Assembly (NCBI GenBank): GCA_902500205.1
Contig: GCA_902500205.1_4868.1
Source: Escherichia coli
GTDB lineage: Bacteria > Pseudomonadota > Gammaproteobacteria > Enterobacterales > Enterobacteriaceae
DNA: 64,000 nt
Strand: one strand, 5' to 3'
A program made the translations under genes and the position numbers. Below are positions 20,201-28,959 of this stretch, one piece after another. Numbering within the stretch: position 1 is the stretch's first letter; every line of letters begins with the position of its first letter. The notes under the pieces are model-generated. The model made no database searches. It was not told the origin of the DNA and worked only from the letters and a program-made list of their open reading frames with translations.

Positions 20201-20946
20201 ATCCAATCGATCAACTCGCCTGGGTTTAACGTTGTTTCCGGTGGAATGCTCGGTAAACGGTGTTTTACCGCTAACGAATACGCATTGAACGTCGTGTTCT
20301 GGTAAGATAACGAATAACGACGACGAGACGCGTTATACGTGTAGCCGCCAGTACCGTCGTACGTCGCATACTGCTCGGATGTGATAAGCGTGACACCGGC
20401 GCGATATTGAAGGTCTAACGTGTTACGAGCAATCGGGTCAACGCGACTGATCGCTTCACCGAGCTTAGCGCCAACCGCAACAATGGCTTCCATCAACTCG
20501 GATTCGCCACGCCAGTTTTCCCAGTCGAACTTAATATCGACCGGTGGGAAATATAAATCCCCAATGACGTTATCCCATTGGCAGTCCACGGGATAGCGAT
20601 CTTTATTCGCTTCTCGTTCTGCGGCGATCATTTCTGCAGTGGCTTCACCGATGCCAATTGCGTGGTAATCGAGTGTAAAGCCACTCTGATATTTCGGGTT
20701 GGTAATCCACACACCACCATGACAAACATGGCCAGTGCGTGCCATGCCCGTAACGTACGCATGGGTGATGACGTAATCATCACCTAATGTTAATTTCTTG
20801 CCGCCACTCTTGACCACCAGGGATGTGGTATAAAAGGGGGCGTGTGCGGGGAACAACATCCGGTACTTAGTACCGATCGGCGTTACCGCTTCACCGGTCT
20901 GCATATTCCCCGGTTCTTGATAGTGCGGGTCAGGGACGACAGCCAT
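17233..20946 (-). CDS. Large tail fibre or baseplate-proximal fibre protein (1237 aa)
   Basis: Shared N-terminal module (LGDDYVITH); AHTHVPRKDNPHRDSWGAIRAL and GHTHTPAALGIKRATTTEFGLVQFGT motifs; GGAG RBS upstream; first gene of the minus-strand operon. Confidence 0.7.
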   Translation of the reverse strand: MAVVPDPHYQEPGNMQTGEAVTPIGTKYRMLFPAHAPFYTTSLVVKSGGKKLTLGDDYVITHAYVTGMARTGHVCHGGVWITNPKYQSGFTLDYHAIGIGEATAEMIAAEREANKDRYPVDCQWDNVIGDLYFPPVDIKFDWENWRGESELMEAIVAVGAKLGEAISRVDPIARNTLDLQYRAGVTLITSEQYATYDGTGGYTYNASRRRYSLSYQNTTFNAYSLAVKHRLPSIPPETTLNPGELIDWMLCYANGGTSILRLQLKQRAIYLTLTTAIGSGSSNYSYTLTTGLTDTELAGDIELSVVRREGNGVYDITVKTSKQTVNYSFNVDNPPSEFAPGYQKTDVAKWLKFKSGVNLNWWAGENDYVQIRSLPGAPAPDVNNDVYQLLVKYHQIVDKLYRDAPAHTHVPRKDNPHRDSWGAIRALENNGIASDATLVYGKTQPQLTDYVNNLLPKLSTLANKLLRLPAAAQSINGTFGMKPGLTSITSAVGTDESEGVGAQFTVDPKVIRFIGRDSQTVNAGNNPITWQGGANQLILYPDSRGLEFNGKKLLDPTTVGPYLPGNESGGDGLFYGTSTATVTINGNGIQSVPFICTFVPPESDDLGLMAVRLLATEFGDREDLAATPALIKKLDQQFTGKLVAVKSYINDMPLTSSIYIDKTNFGLSNVQNIPDVQLPISPLQRAELDKYAVVGHTHTPAALGIKRATTTEFGLVQFGTAVDDATLALDGGEVIRQADAITEIEKVAKTVDSGASINIIRYGLPGTDIIENGITYTDWMVTIKANDYFVGREYKVPLSTFNLAELFPATHEDAEFGVYVDAAGDDGKYIIYENPNTAETETMTKIGSIITSETGVVFVEIRNVTRLGEFRELGEHIEDDNAHIRRGMTQAEFGFTYGTGGPVWSTGAPGTKRIDADWRYAQASSYTPMLKADYDPAADKWTFKTTSLSVTDYRFVHNTFPMFQNNGITATWTPLTATADSVLETVIGCCHHSATFMHRISVLVARTAGRITTPGGVSTYAGIAVNYGRAAQVVIGLNGVTGAGHDWTALNPSVRFSHARTADGISFVGTINIDSKTINFELTLTATTKTLKYTLQSTGESWTEDLSTRLRPDYIDLTKLITDPSTPIYHGVGGLFSSDTEARLTYANLNTMPTKNRYYATFLDYAINYSGLNRARFFTGVVDAGSTINEMNSAMCNYSYSSFRPVDTGKIPLVAHPSKMMTFNPKNTSGRTLIIRD

Positions 20947-21013
20947 TTTACACTCCTTTTCTCTGAGGGCGTCGAGTTCATACTATGACCCGAATCCTTA
21001 GAGGAAACAGCCA

Positions 21014-22276
21014 GTGACTACTGCTTATCAAGTGCGGGCCGACAGCGCTTTTGGCTTCTCTCGAGACACCCGAACTTGGGGAACCATCGATGTCACGCAG
21101 CCCTTAAATACCCTTTGTGCTAACTACCACTTTTTCGAAGTAGGACTAGAAGCACTAGGTGCTGAATATACCTTCTATAGCCAGTATCACCTGGCTGATT
21201 TACAAAACCGTACGGACACGTTGCAAGATTGGTTAAACACCAAGTCAGGAATCGCGATTCCAACGCTTGGGAAGGGCCTACCGAAGCTCGAATTCGTTGA
21301 GGCACATTACCAGTCTATTAATGCAGATGTGCCCGTAGAAACGCACCTGTGCCCTCCTGGGTACCATTACACTCAGGACTTCAATCCCGATGATGCACAC
21401 GACGTTGTTGTAGTCTGCGACGATGAGTGGAAAGAGAAATACCGTACTGGGGTGCTGTACAACATCAACGGCCAGTGGGTACCTCACCAATCTGACCCAG
21501 TGGGCGTTCGCTTAACCGGCGCTGGTAATATCGTGCGGCGTGCCAATACACCTGACATCGGCTGTCTGGTGATGGCAAACATCGGTAAAGTAAAGACCTA
21601 CCCCATATCCGGTTTAACGATGAACAAACTCGATACTACGCGAGATTACTATTCTTCGTTAATGTTGACCTTACCCGATTCCATTACAGGGAAAACCGTT
21701 GGGTTCGTCATCGGAGGTATTCTGCATTGGTTGCCGCCGCAGGGCTATTTCAGCGACCGTGCGATTATGCTGAGTCTGCCAAACCTTAGCGTGGCGAAGA
21801 TTGTATTGGAAACCCGTCGCTATTACGATTGGGACGCCATCGGTGTAGGTGATTTAAGTACGCCTACGTCCGTTCAACGTATTCGTAACTCAGAAACGTT
21901 AAAAGCGTTGCTGACGCACGAATCCTCGTTTATCTTTACGATAGACAACCCGTATCTCGAAAAAGAGATTCACGGAATAAGCCACAACGCTATCTGGGGC
22001 CGGTTCTATTTAAAAGACCCAACTGACCCAGATGGGAAGAAAACGCTAGGTCCTATCTTTAACCGTATTGGTAAATGTGTAGGGTACTGGCCGACCTGGG
22101 AAGAAGGGGAGTGGGTCTTTAATACCACATTCTTCGACCGGGAAAACTTTTTGTTGGGGAACGCGCGTTGGTATAACCAGAATTTGGTAAACGACGCGCA
22201 GGCAATCGTCGGGCCTTTCGGGGCTTGGGGTAAGCCATTTGTTGAAATGCATCGCTACAAAGCACGAAAAAAATAA
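21014..22276 (+). CDS. Hypothetical protein (420 aa)
   Basis: GTG start preceded by GAGGAAACAG RBS-like sequence (same context as the gene at 493); followed by a terminator. Confidence 0.6.
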   Translation: MTTAYQVRADSAFGFSRDTRTWGTIDVTQPLNTLCANYHFFEVGLEALGAEYTFYSQYHLADLQNRTDTLQDWLNTKSGIAIPTLGKGLPKLEFVEAHYQSINADVPVETHLCPPGYHYTQDFNPDDAHDVVVVCDDEWKEKYRTGVLYNINGQWVPHQSDPVGVRLTGAGNIVRRANTPDIGCLVMANIGKVKTYPISGLTMNKLDTTRDYYSSLMLTLPDSITGKTVGFVIGGILHWLPPQGYFSDRAIMLSLPNLSVAKIVLETRRYYDWDAIGVGDLSTPTSVQRIRNSETLKALLTHESSFIFTIDNPYLEKEIHGISHNAIWGRFYLKDPTDPDGKKTLGPIFNRIGKCVGYWPTWEEGEWVFNTTFFDRENFLLGNARWYNQNLVNDAQAIVGPFGAWGKPFVEMHRYKARKK

Positions 22277-22283
22277 AAGGTAA

Positions 22284-22325
22284 ACCCTACTCCCAACGGG
22301 AGTAGGGTACCTATATCTTTTTTTG
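22284..22325 (+). terminator. Rho-independent terminator
   Basis: Hairpin ccctactccc-aacg-ggagtaggg followed by a T-run. Confidence 0.7.
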
Positions 22326-22337
22326 CCTGCAGGCCGA

Positions 22338-22547
22338 TTACGCGTTTACGTAATAGATGGCGTTGCCGAACATTTTGTTGTTGCCGCCACAAGCGGTAAC
22401 TTTAAATGCTACGCCGCCTTCAGCTTCGGCTTTCTTAGCCAGCGCTTCGGTAACTTCGGTAACGGTGCTCAGTCCAGAAACCTGAACGGTGCCTGCTTCT
22501 ACCAGACCAGAAACGTCGCTGCCTGCGGTGATTTCACGAATGCTCAT
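22338..22547 (-). CDS. Small hypothetical protein (69 aa)
   Basis: ORF with GGAG RBS upstream by my reading; Ala/Gly/Val-rich; function unknown. Confidence 0.45.
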   Translation of the reverse strand: MSIREITAGSDVSGLVEAGTVQVSGLSTVTEVTEALAKKAEAEGGVAFKVTACGGNNKMFGNAIYYVNA

Positions 22548-22641
22548 TTACTTATCTCCATTAACAAATGATAGCAGAAGAACCCTATGTTCAACTACTT
22601 GTACTTCGAGGCATATTAACTGCCCCGACTCGTAAATTAGT

Positions 22642-22728
22642 TGACAATAAACCGGCTTTTGTGCGAAAAAAGTGGCTAACTGTGCACAAGCGATTCGGGT
22701 TATCGTTACAGTTAGGGGTTTATTGTCA
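22642..22728. repeat. 12-bp perfect inverted repeat pair (TGACAATAAACC ... GGTTTATTGTCA) in an intergenic region
   Basis: Copies at about 22642..22653 and 22717..22728, separated by about 63 bp, in the gap between two minus-strand genes. Confidence 0.4.
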
Positions 22729-22754
22729 CATTATACCCCACACACGTAAATAAC

Positions 22755-23687
22755 TTAGTGCGGTGTACTGGTGTCGTTGCCCGGACCATGGCCAGTATGT
22801 ACGTGAAGAGTAAAGGTGATGCCGCCGATAACCGATTCGGTAACTGTGAATGTGCCCTTACCTTCACCCTTGCCGTTATAGAGGAAATCTTTACCTACTT
22901 CCAGGTTACCGGTAAATAGATTCGTTGGACAATCGGTCTTCCAGTCTTCAGTCGTCCATGCCATGTTTTTCGACGCTGTAGAGTTGCGAGTTTCGCACTT
23001 CTCGTTAATCGTCTTTGTCTCGAGATTAATAGAACGTTTAGCATAAATGAAAGCGTCCTCTTTATTGATATTAATCTTCGACCGGCAGGCGTTTTCAAAC
23101 CCTAAATCATCCTCTGGAGAGTTGAGGTAGAACTTACGCCCTTCGTCATCCACCAACTGGCAAAACCCGTCACGGGTATTCAGCTGGAGCAGATACGCGT
23201 TTTTCTCACCGTTAGTCATACTGGTACGTAAAGTAACGTGACCATCCATCGGGGAGATATTCAGTACGTAGGCGTTAGAGAGGTCATCGGCCATCTGGTT
23301 TACTGGGTCAGCAGACCAGGCGTATACCCCATCTTCCAGTCGCTTAACGTTACTATTGTTTAAATCTTCCCAGAAGTACATATCGGTTTCACCGATACGC
23401 CAGATTCTTACGTAGTCTTCTTTTTTCACATCCGGAGGGTTAACCCGGTTGCTGTTGGACTTCATCCATTTTGCAGTGATGGCATTACCTTGCTTTACAG
23501 TAAGGTTGTCAGTACCACTTAAACTGTTGTGTTGCTTCTCTACAGGTGTCTCTGTTGCATCGACAGCTGTTGGATTAATAAAGTTAACTTCGATAGGGAT
23601 GACTTTAACTCGAGTGGCACCACGAGGTTTATCTTCCGCGACGATACCTATCGAGAAGATGTGCAACCCTGACTTAGATTTATTCAT
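22755..23687 (-). CDS. Hypothetical protein (310 aa)
   Basis: ORF track; ends with HVHTGHGPG; no confident family assignment. Confidence 0.55.
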   Translation of the reverse strand: MNKSKSGLHIFSIGIVAEDKPRGATRVKVIPIEVNFINPTAVDATETPVEKQHNSLSGTDNLTVKQGNAITAKWMKSNSNRVNPPDVKKEDYVRIWRIGETDMYFWEDLNNSNVKRLEDGVYAWSADPVNQMADDLSNAYVLNISPMDGHVTLRTSMTNGEKNAYLLQLNTRDGFCQLVDDEGRKFYLNSPEDDLGFENACRSKININKEDAFIYAKRSINLETKTINEKCETRNSTASKNMAWTTEDWKTDCPTNLFTGNLEVGKDFLYNGKGEGKGTFTVTESVIGGITFTLHVHTGHGPGNDTSTPH

Positions 23688-23867
23688 ACCACCCTCCTCT
23701 CATACTACACTTTTTTACGTTTCGATCTCATCGTTTGACAATCGAGGAAAGTACGGGGGTAAGGGGGTTTATGTATTGGATGCGAACATAAACGGAGGTA
23801 TCCGTAGGATACCGACATCCTTTTTGTAGTTGACCTTGACTTCTAACCTAACGAGGAGTGCAGTACC

Positions 23868-24185
23868 ATGTCTTTATTTCAAACCATTAAAAGTGCATTA
23901 GAGCGTAATGATGCAGACAGTGCCTTTACTGCGTTACAGAAAGCCAGTAACGGGAAGCTAGACAGCGTCTTTGCTAACAATCAAAGAATGCGCTTTTACA
24001 AAGTCGGGGAAGTAGACCAGTTCTACGACGAACTGTTTACGGGAGTAGTGCAAAGCGCGGTATACGCCATACCGACTGAACAATTAAGTCAGTTTGAAAA
24101 AGGGATGCGTTACCAGCGGTTAAGTAACGACTACTCATTACTGAATCTGGCTATCGATGACTGCATCGTACTGGTTGTATACTAA
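23868..24185 (+). CDS. Hypothetical protein (105 aa)
   Basis: ORF track; AGGAG-like RBS upstream. Confidence 0.5.
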   Translation: MSLFQTIKSALERNDADSAFTALQKASNGKLDSVFANNQRMRFYKVGEVDQFYDELFTGVVQSAVYAIPTEQLSQFEKGMRYQRLSNDYSLLNLAIDDCIVLVVY

Positions 24186-24192
24186 GTTTTTA

Positions 24193-24211
24193 CAGATAGA
24201 TGTCATCTTAG
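24193..24211 (+). promoter_or_regulatory. Recurrent motif copy 1 (cAGATAGATGTCATCTtag)
   Basis: Matches the consensus seen at six intergenic sites upstream of plus-strand genes. Confidence 0.35.
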
Positions 24212-24305
24212 TGAGCATTGTGTATAAACCCACAGTCGCTTAAACACCAACTGTTCTTTAGTAACAGTTTTTGGTCACTTTAGTGTACTTTAAAGGAAAT
24301 ACCAA

Positions 24306-25544
24306 ATGTATAACGAATACGAATTAGTTTACCAGACACCGAAAGAAGCATTCTTTAATGCAGTAATTACTAACTCAATTGTACTGTTGGGAATGCAGTT
24401 CAATATTCGGAGTATGGCTTACAGCGACGTAACGTGGCAGGATTGTGCGTGCCTGCCACAAAAGCTCTCAACCGTTGTCGAAAAGCGGCTGCTTGACAAA
24501 GGGGAAGTAAAGTGCCGTTTAGGCCACCACGTCTCTGACTTAGCGCCGTGGGTTGAATTAACCATGACATTCGAAGGGGATACGCGGGTAGCTTACCTAT
24601 CGGGTAATCAAAACATCGGACGCGCCATTGCTGAGGGTAACACAATGTGGGTGCACTACATTCTTACTCTGCTGATCGATAAACCGGTGTTCGAGTTAAC
24701 ACCAGACATGCCTACACTAAGCGATAGCAACTGGTGGACTGGCGGAGAGCTGAATACAGGGTTTAATGAGAAATTACAAAACTTTAATTCAGAGCGGCTT
24801 GATGTTGATGCGGAAGTGTTGGTGCAGCAGTTCCCCGAATTCACTGCGTACCAAATTACTACCGTATGGAATAGAGCGGTAAGCAAGCGCAGATTCTACA
24901 CGAAAAACGCACCGCGTGAAGCAGCCAAACCTGTGGAAATTGACGAAGAGACCAAGGAAGCACTGCGTGATCTAGTCACCATAGCCAATGATAGCAATAT
25001 GATGTTCTGGACATCTGATGAAAACGCTAACCATTATTTCGGTGAGATGTTAGACGCCGATGTTTGGTCAGTAATGCCGATAACAGAGCCAGGAAACCTT
25101 AAAGATTACTATAAGGTCGAAAAGGATGAGGTGGTTAATGAGAAAGTCCTCACTCTTCTTGCTGTTTTCCGCGAAGTTATCCAGTCAGAAATACTGTTAA
25201 GCATCTATAAACGCAAGACCCCGGCCAGTGAAAATGACACGGCGTGGGTATTTGACTGCCGACCGACAAATACAATATCGCCTGCGTTCTGGATACAGGT
25301 GACAGGAAAGCTGCAGCGTGTGAACAGTTATGTTGTTTCTCGCCTGCCAGATTCTGAAATGCGCTCCGTTGCCGAACCTGCTTATTTGATGTCGGCGAAG
25401 GCGGTACGGGATGCGTGGGGTACCAACGAACTGAAACAATGGCATTACGACGCTATCATCAAATGGGGTGTTAACAATGGCTGGAAAGAAGTGACTAAGT
25501 ACGGCCGTCAACTGTTGTTTGTCGCTGATTTGCGTTTACTGTAA
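24306..25544 (+). CDS. Hypothetical protein (412 aa)
   Basis: ORF track; no motif recognised. Confidence 0.6.
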   Translation: MYNEYELVYQTPKEAFFNAVITNSIVLLGMQFNIRSMAYSDVTWQDCACLPQKLSTVVEKRLLDKGEVKCRLGHHVSDLAPWVELTMTFEGDTRVAYLSGNQNIGRAIAEGNTMWVHYILTLLIDKPVFELTPDMPTLSDSNWWTGGELNTGFNEKLQNFNSERLDVDAEVLVQQFPEFTAYQITTVWNRAVSKRRFYTKNAPREAAKPVEIDEETKEALRDLVTIANDSNMMFWTSDENANHYFGEMLDADVWSVMPITEPGNLKDYYKVEKDEVVNEKVLTLLAVFREVIQSEILLSIYKRKTPASENDTAWVFDCRPTNTISPAFWIQVTGKLQRVNSYVVSRLPDSEMRSVAEPAYLMSAKAVRDAWGTNELKQWHYDAIIKWGVNNGWKEVTKYGRQLLFVADLRLL

Positions 25545-25554
25545 TCTCGTCATC

Positions 25555-25586
25555 GGGGGTCTTGTACCCCCTTCTTATTTTTTAAC
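25555..25586 (+). terminator. Probable rho-independent terminator
   Basis: Hairpin gggggt-cttgt-accccc followed by ttcttatttttt. Confidence 0.5.
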
Positions 25587-25604
25587 CGTAAAGAGTATTT
25601 AACC

Positions 25605-26186
25605 ATGCCACAACCAATTATTGAACAACATGAAATGAACTACGAAGAACTGACCCGCCGCTATCGCGTGAAAGCCCCACGGGTAGTAGAAGGTTGCGAG
25701 AAATACAAAGAAGCAGACTTCGTGGTATTCCAACGCGAAGGTGTTCCGATGTTGGTGTTCGTAAAACACGTCACCACCGATAACGACGACCGTCTAGTGA
25801 TGCTGTATAACGTGATGGCTACCGTACTAGATACTGATATTGGGTTGTTACGTCGTTATAAATCATCCTACGAACAAAAAGCGAAGGTGGTTGCTTTTGA
25901 CTTACCACGCACGGTACTAGTAGATGGTTCCCGTCCGGCTATTCTTCGTTTTACGAAAAGCGAAGACGACAGTAACCCAGCGCATACTGTTCAGCCACTA
26001 ACGCTGTCGCAAGATACGTTACAGCAGAACGGCGGGATGGATTGGCTAAACGTCATGTTACCGGGCCTAGCTGAAGGTCAGGAACTGCATCTGGTTTGCT
26101 ACACCCCATCCGTTGAGCACACCTATGCGCGTTACCTTACCGAAGAACACGGTTTCCGTAACCACCGTGGTATTTACATTGCGTAA
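25605..26186 (+). CDS. Hypothetical protein (193 aa)
   Basis: ORF track. Confidence 0.55.
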   Translation: MPQPIIEQHEMNYEELTRRYRVKAPRVVEGCEKYKEADFVVFQREGVPMLVFVKHVTTDNDDRLVMLYNVMATVLDTDIGLLRRYKSSYEQKAKVVAFDLPRTVLVDGSRPAILRFTKSEDDSNPAHTVQPLTLSQDTLQQNGGMDWLNVMLPGLAEGQELHLVCYTPSVEHTYARYLTEEHGFRNHRGIYIA

Positions 26187-26195
26187 GGTGAGTGT

Positions 26196-26759
26196 ATGTC
26201 CCGTTTACTAGAAATTCGAAACGATATCTGGCAAGAGCACATCCGCAACGATCCGGAGTGGGAAGGAGTTGAAAGTGATTTACCGGATAACCCCGACCAG
26301 CTGTTGGTGTTCCTTTATAGCGATAAAGCCAAACAGATCAAGGGGATATTTGAACGCAAAACGACAAGCTTGTCGACCTTACTGAGCTGCATTTGCTGTG
26401 GCGTCAGTGAGCTTGATCCCAATCTATTCACCAACTATCTTGCGCGTAAAGTCCGTACACCGCTACTGGAGGTTACACTCCCGCCAGATATTCGTATCAG
26501 TAAAACCGTACCGACCGTTTTGCGTTTACAGGATGTGTCTGGTAGTAGCGACGACGGGGAAACAACGATTACCCTTTCCTCGTCAGAGGGTGAACTCGCA
26601 ACCGAATCGTTTCTTAGCGAAGTCGAGGCCGGATTAAAGCAGGACGTAATCGTCTATAATCTCGGCGGTGTGCCCATTGAACCCATTTTACACTTCTTTG
26701 AAAGCCAAACCTGCCATCTTGTAGAAAGCTTAACATACCACTTTAAAGGAGCTTTATGA
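26196..26759 (+). CDS. Hypothetical protein (187 aa)
   Basis: ORF track. Confidence 0.55.
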   Translation: MSRLLEIRNDIWQEHIRNDPEWEGVESDLPDNPDQLLVFLYSDKAKQIKGIFERKTTSLSTLLSCICCGVSELDPNLFTNYLARKVRTPLLEVTLPPDIRISKTVPTVLRLQDVSGSSDDGETTITLSSSEGELATESFLSEVEAGLKQDVIVYNLGGVPIEPILHFFESQTCHLVESLTYHFKGAL

Positions 26760-27286
26760 TGAAACTCGAAGGCTACGTTGTTACTGATAAACCTTTTGCT
26801 GAAGCCAACCTGTCGCGTTCACAGGTTGTTTATAAAGACATCGATGTGCCTGCCGAAATCGTTAAAGCGAATCCCAGCTGGCTAATCAACCACGTTTCTT
26901 TGGAAATCACCAATCCGTTTATCAACGATCCAACCGACCCATTTGTCGACATGGGTAATTTCCGCGATATTCTTTCCCCGCATCAATACCAGACAGTGGC
27001 ACAGAAGAAAGGGAACTTGCTCACCGAAACGAATGAGTGGGAGCGTATCCAAGAGCGTCATCCTGAAAAGGGTTTAATGGAAATTTATCACCAACACCCT
27101 AAAGAGTTTGACAAATTACCCCTGTGGGCATCGGTGGCGTATAACTGCAGTGGGATATATGACCATCTGTTGCTGAGCGGATACGATGGCGCAATACACG
27201 CAGCCGAAGGCCCGCACACGCCGGTGACTGCTTATCACACATTTCACCCAGCGCGCATCACTTTCATCGAAACGTTGAGTGTGTAG
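26756..27286 (+). CDS. Hypothetical protein (176 aa)
   Basis: ORF track; start overlaps the upstream stop. Confidence 0.55.
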   Translation: MMKLEGYVVTDKPFAEANLSRSQVVYKDIDVPAEIVKANPSWLINHVSLEITNPFINDPTDPFVDMGNFRDILSPHQYQTVAQKKGNLLTETNEWERIQERHPEKGLMEIYHQHPKEFDKLPLWASVAYNCSGIYDHLLLSGYDGAIHAAEGPHTPVTAYHTFHPARITFIETLSV

Positions 27287-27291
27287 TTTAT

Positions 27292-27332
27292 CTCCAGTAA
27301 CCACGAGGGTTACTGGAGTCCTCTTATTTTTT
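27292..27332 (+). terminator. Rho-independent terminator
   Basis: Hairpin ctccagtaacc-acgagg-gttactggag followed by a T-run. Confidence 0.65.
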
Positions 27333-27365
27333 ACACTTAACTCAAATTAATTTGAGGTGTGGTAT

Positions 27366-27953
27366 ATGACAGAACGTATTTTACGACTGCAAGAGAACAG
27401 GTTAGAAGACCTGCACGTAATGCGTAGTCGTGGCTTGTTTCCGGTGGGGCTTGATGTGAGTGGATTATTAACTGCCGCAGAGCACGGGGACAAGGTCATT
27501 ACAATGCATTCACGTGGGAACGAAGTGGTCTCTGCGATTTTCATCGATAAGGTTATTCCGGACTCGGAAAGTGGTAAGGTGGCGGGACACATCATTTACG
27601 AATACTTTCGCAGCATTCTATACGAGGAAAAGATAAATGTCAAAACTTTTATGGAGTACGCTAAGCGAAATAACTACATCGATGCGCGACTGATGGTCAC
27701 GGAAGGCACCCCAACTATAAACGGTAAAGTCCACCATCGTTTACTTGGAGCACAGTTGCCGAGACTAGGCGAGATACCAACGACGATAGAGCTGCACCAA
27801 AAAACAGATTGGCGACACAAAATCGAAGTGCTTCACAAGCTTTACGATTTATCGATCGTTCAAATCAAACTGGTGGACTTTACGCCTGCAAATATGCAAA
27901 TCGCTAAGCGCGCGTTGGGTTTTCGTATTCTTAACACAACCTTCACATTGTAA
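27366..27953 (+). CDS. Hypothetical protein (about 195 aa)
   Basis: ORF track 27357..27953; the first codon lies inside the GAGGTG RBS, so ATG at 27366 (MTERIL) is preferred. Confidence 0.55.
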   Translation: MTERILRLQENRLEDLHVMRSRGLFPVGLDVSGLLTAAEHGDKVITMHSRGNEVVSAIFIDKVIPDSESGKVAGHIIYEYFRSILYEEKINVKTFMEYAKRNNYIDARLMVTEGTPTINGKVHHRLLGAQLPRLGEIPTTIELHQKTDWRHKIEVLHKLYDLSIVQIKLVDFTPANMQIAKRALGFRILNTTFTL

Positions 27954-27958
27954 AATAT

Positions 27959-27979
27959 CTCAGATATATATTACCTAGG
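27959..27979 (+). promoter_or_regulatory. Recurrent motif copy 2 (ctCAGATATATATTACCTAGG)
   Basis: Degenerate match to the recurrent motif; contains the palindrome ATATCTCAGATAT. Confidence 0.3.
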
Positions 27980-28003
27980 TGAGAGTTAAGAGATTAACTC
28001 AAT

Positions 28004-28032
28004 GGCTACCTTCGGGTAGCCTATTCTTTTTT
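28004..28032 (+). terminator. Rho-independent terminator
   Basis: Hairpin ggctacc-ttcg-ggtagcc followed by a T-run. Confidence 0.65.
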
Positions 28033-28057
28033 AAACCAATCGACTATAGAGTAAAAC

Positions 28058-28459
28058 ATGACTATCAAGAAGTTCTTACAAACAGTAGTAGTTCTGGCCG
28101 CATGTGGCATCGCAGCAACTTATGCTTTCGATAAGCCAGACGTGACTGAATACGTATCTGCGGATTCCGATTACGGTATTGCACCGAATGAAAAACCGGA
28201 ACTGATGCGTGAGGTCGAACAGTTACAAATCTACAAACTGACGGATGGTAAGAACTGCACAGGGCTGGTTATCGCTGATAAGAAACTGAAAATGTATCAG
28301 CGATTAACCGACATATCGTGCGATCAACCAAAAGTCACTTCGGTCAGCGTATCGCCGTTGGAATTACCAGATCTGGTTGCTGTGAGTTTTTATCACAACG
28401 ATGTGCTCGTTGGTCGCATCACCCTCATTCGTGGAGATATCAAAAATGAAATGCAATAA
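28058..28459 (+). CDS. Small secreted protein or lipoprotein (133 aa)
   Basis: N-terminal signal peptide with possible lipobox (VLAAC); two further Cys. Confidence 0.55.
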   Translation: MTIKKFLQTVVVLAACGIAATYAFDKPDVTEYVSADSDYGIAPNEKPELMREVEQLQIYKLTDGKNCTGLVIADKKLKMYQRLTDISCDQPKVTSVSVSPLELPDLVAVSFYHNDVLVGRITLIRGDIKNEMQ

Positions 28460-28937
28460 CGTTAATCACCACTTGGCCAAAGTGGTGCTTTTTACTGTGC
28501 TGTTGATGGCACTTGTTGTTGGGCTACGGATTTCTAAGGCGCACGCTGACGAATTCAGCGGGTTCCAGGGCAGTATTAACGGCAGCATTCCAGCATATAC
28601 CCGCACCATCAATCTTAATGATAAGCCGTTCTGGTGCAATGCGCGTAAGCTGCTTAAGAAACAGTGTCGTGTAGTTGACATATCCTTCAACGGACGTGTC
28701 GCTATCGTACACCGTCCGGGCGATAAAGATTGCCCAGGTGGTTGGTGGGGTGCAGTCGACCGTCACAACGGTGACGCGTTATGGCTTATCCCTAATCGTG
28801 ATGAACTATCAGTGGAGAAAATTTGCAGCAAAGATTTCAGGGCCGGTTTTGTACAGCGACCTGATACCAAAACTCTGGCCTCCATCGCTATGTACTACGG
28901 TATGGAAACCATCAAAACAATCGACTATTCAGAATAA
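28446..28937 (+). CDS. Small secreted Cys-containing protein, paralog 1 (about 163 aa)
   Basis: Start moved to MKCNNVN; signal peptide; motif FWCNARKLLKKQC...DCPGGWWG resembles the next two genes. Confidence 0.5.
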   Translation: MKCNNVNHHLAKVVLFTVLLMALVVGLRISKAHADEFSGFQGSINGSIPAYTRTINLNDKPFWCNARKLLKKQCRVVDISFNGRVAIVHRPGDKDCPGGWWGAVDRHNGDALWLIPNRDELSVEKICSKDFRAGFVQRPDTKTLASIAMYYGMETIKTIDYSE

Positions 28938-28959
28938 CTCAAAAAATTGAGGTGCTATT

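Noticed and set aside
22323-22571. Plus-strand 82-aa ORF overlapping the small minus-strand gene
   Set aside because: It begins inside the upstream terminator's T-run with no RBS; the minus-strand ORF has a GGAG RBS.
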